A stretch of 64,000 nucleotides of DNA from Eledone cirrhosa (lineage: Eukaryota), in NCBI GenBank assembly GCA_964016885.1, contig OZ024741.1, forward strand, positions 21,948,001-22,012,000. Reading direction: 5' to 3'. The position numbers and the translations under genes were made by a program. This document shows positions 63,231 through 64,000 of this stretch, in pieces. The notes under the pieces were generated by a model. The model had not been told where the DNA came from. It was given only the letters and a program-made list of their open reading frames with translations, and did not search any database. How positions within the stretch are numbered: the first letter of the stretch is position 1; every line of letters begins with the position of its first letter.

Positions 63231-64000
63231 CCCCCCTCCCAATAATTATATGTATATGTAAGTGTGTATGTGTGTGTGTGTATATATATGTATGTATGTA
63301 TATATGCATGTATATGTATATATATATATATAAATGTGTATATATATATATATGTGTGTGTATATGTGTGTGTGTATGTGTATATATGTGTATATATATG
63401 TATATATAAGTATATATATATATATTATTTTTATATTCTTTTAATTTCCCCTCATCTTTAACAACACTTTTCAACTGCATCATACTCTTATTTATCATAT
63501 CTATATGTATTAGTGTAATTTTATCAATATAAATATACCAATCAATTAAATTAATTTATATTCTTTTCATAGATGTATATTTTTCTCTAACATTCTTATC
63601 GTAAAACTTTAGTCACCTTAGATATTTGTATTGGCATGACTATTTTATAACAGCAACTGCTTGTATACCTTTTACTGACCACCTGACCTATTTTCACCCC
63701 TAAAATAAGCTTCAATTACTACTATTTTACCATTTGGCCAATTATTAACTTTCTATTGGTTAATTCTAAACCTCTTACCAAACAGACAGAATATATTAGA
63801 TCTTTGTTGGTTTTATTCAATGAACAAATAAAATTATTTCTGAGGTCAGCATAAGACCTATTTCTTCCCTAAAATAATCCTTCATTCATAATATTCTTTT
63901 CCATCCAAAACTGAAATCTACCTTCCTCTACCCATAATTTAAGGTTCTTCTACTACTATATTACTATCTTGACCCTCACTATCTCTCTATTGGTCAATTC

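Larger units (their letters stand above)
60171..64000 (+). mobile_element. Penelope-like element, right copy, head-to-head with the left copy; runs off the window end
   Basis: Reverse complement of the left copy; 60175-60500 is repeated at 63680-64000 (pLTR). Confidence 0.88.

Overview
AT-rich, microsatellite-dense eukaryotic DNA, most likely cephalopod/octopus judging from the SINE and repeat landscape (inference). One host protein-coding gene is visible. It is on the + strand, probably 5'-incomplete, with 5 coding exons: 3659-5359, 6447-6535, 7621-7780, 10362-10567 and 12293-13462. All GT-AG junctions are phase-consistent and give at least about 1,100 aa. The protein joins about three tandem GPR1/FUN34/YaaH (SatP/AceTr-like) membrane repeats to a YrdC/Sua5 (TsaC-like) domain whose KxR motif reads KKL, followed by a long low-complexity tail. 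The rest of the window is mobile DNA. It holds two near-full-length Tx1/L1-type LINEs beside (TATC)n tracts and a head-to-head pair of Naiad-type Penelope-like elements (RT + GIY-YIG). There is a 541-bp inverted/tandem non-coding repeat carrying a complete type I hammerhead ribozyme (retrozyme-like), plus several more hammerhead motifs from distinct families. Two Helitron derivatives, CRE-like 3' fragments and many tRNA-derived SINEs are present; two of the SINEs have heads expanded into 50-bp and 45-bp minisatellites. A 17-bp satellite and long (TA)n tracts complete the picture. Everything was read by eye; no database search or folding calculation was run, and repeat boundaries are approximate.
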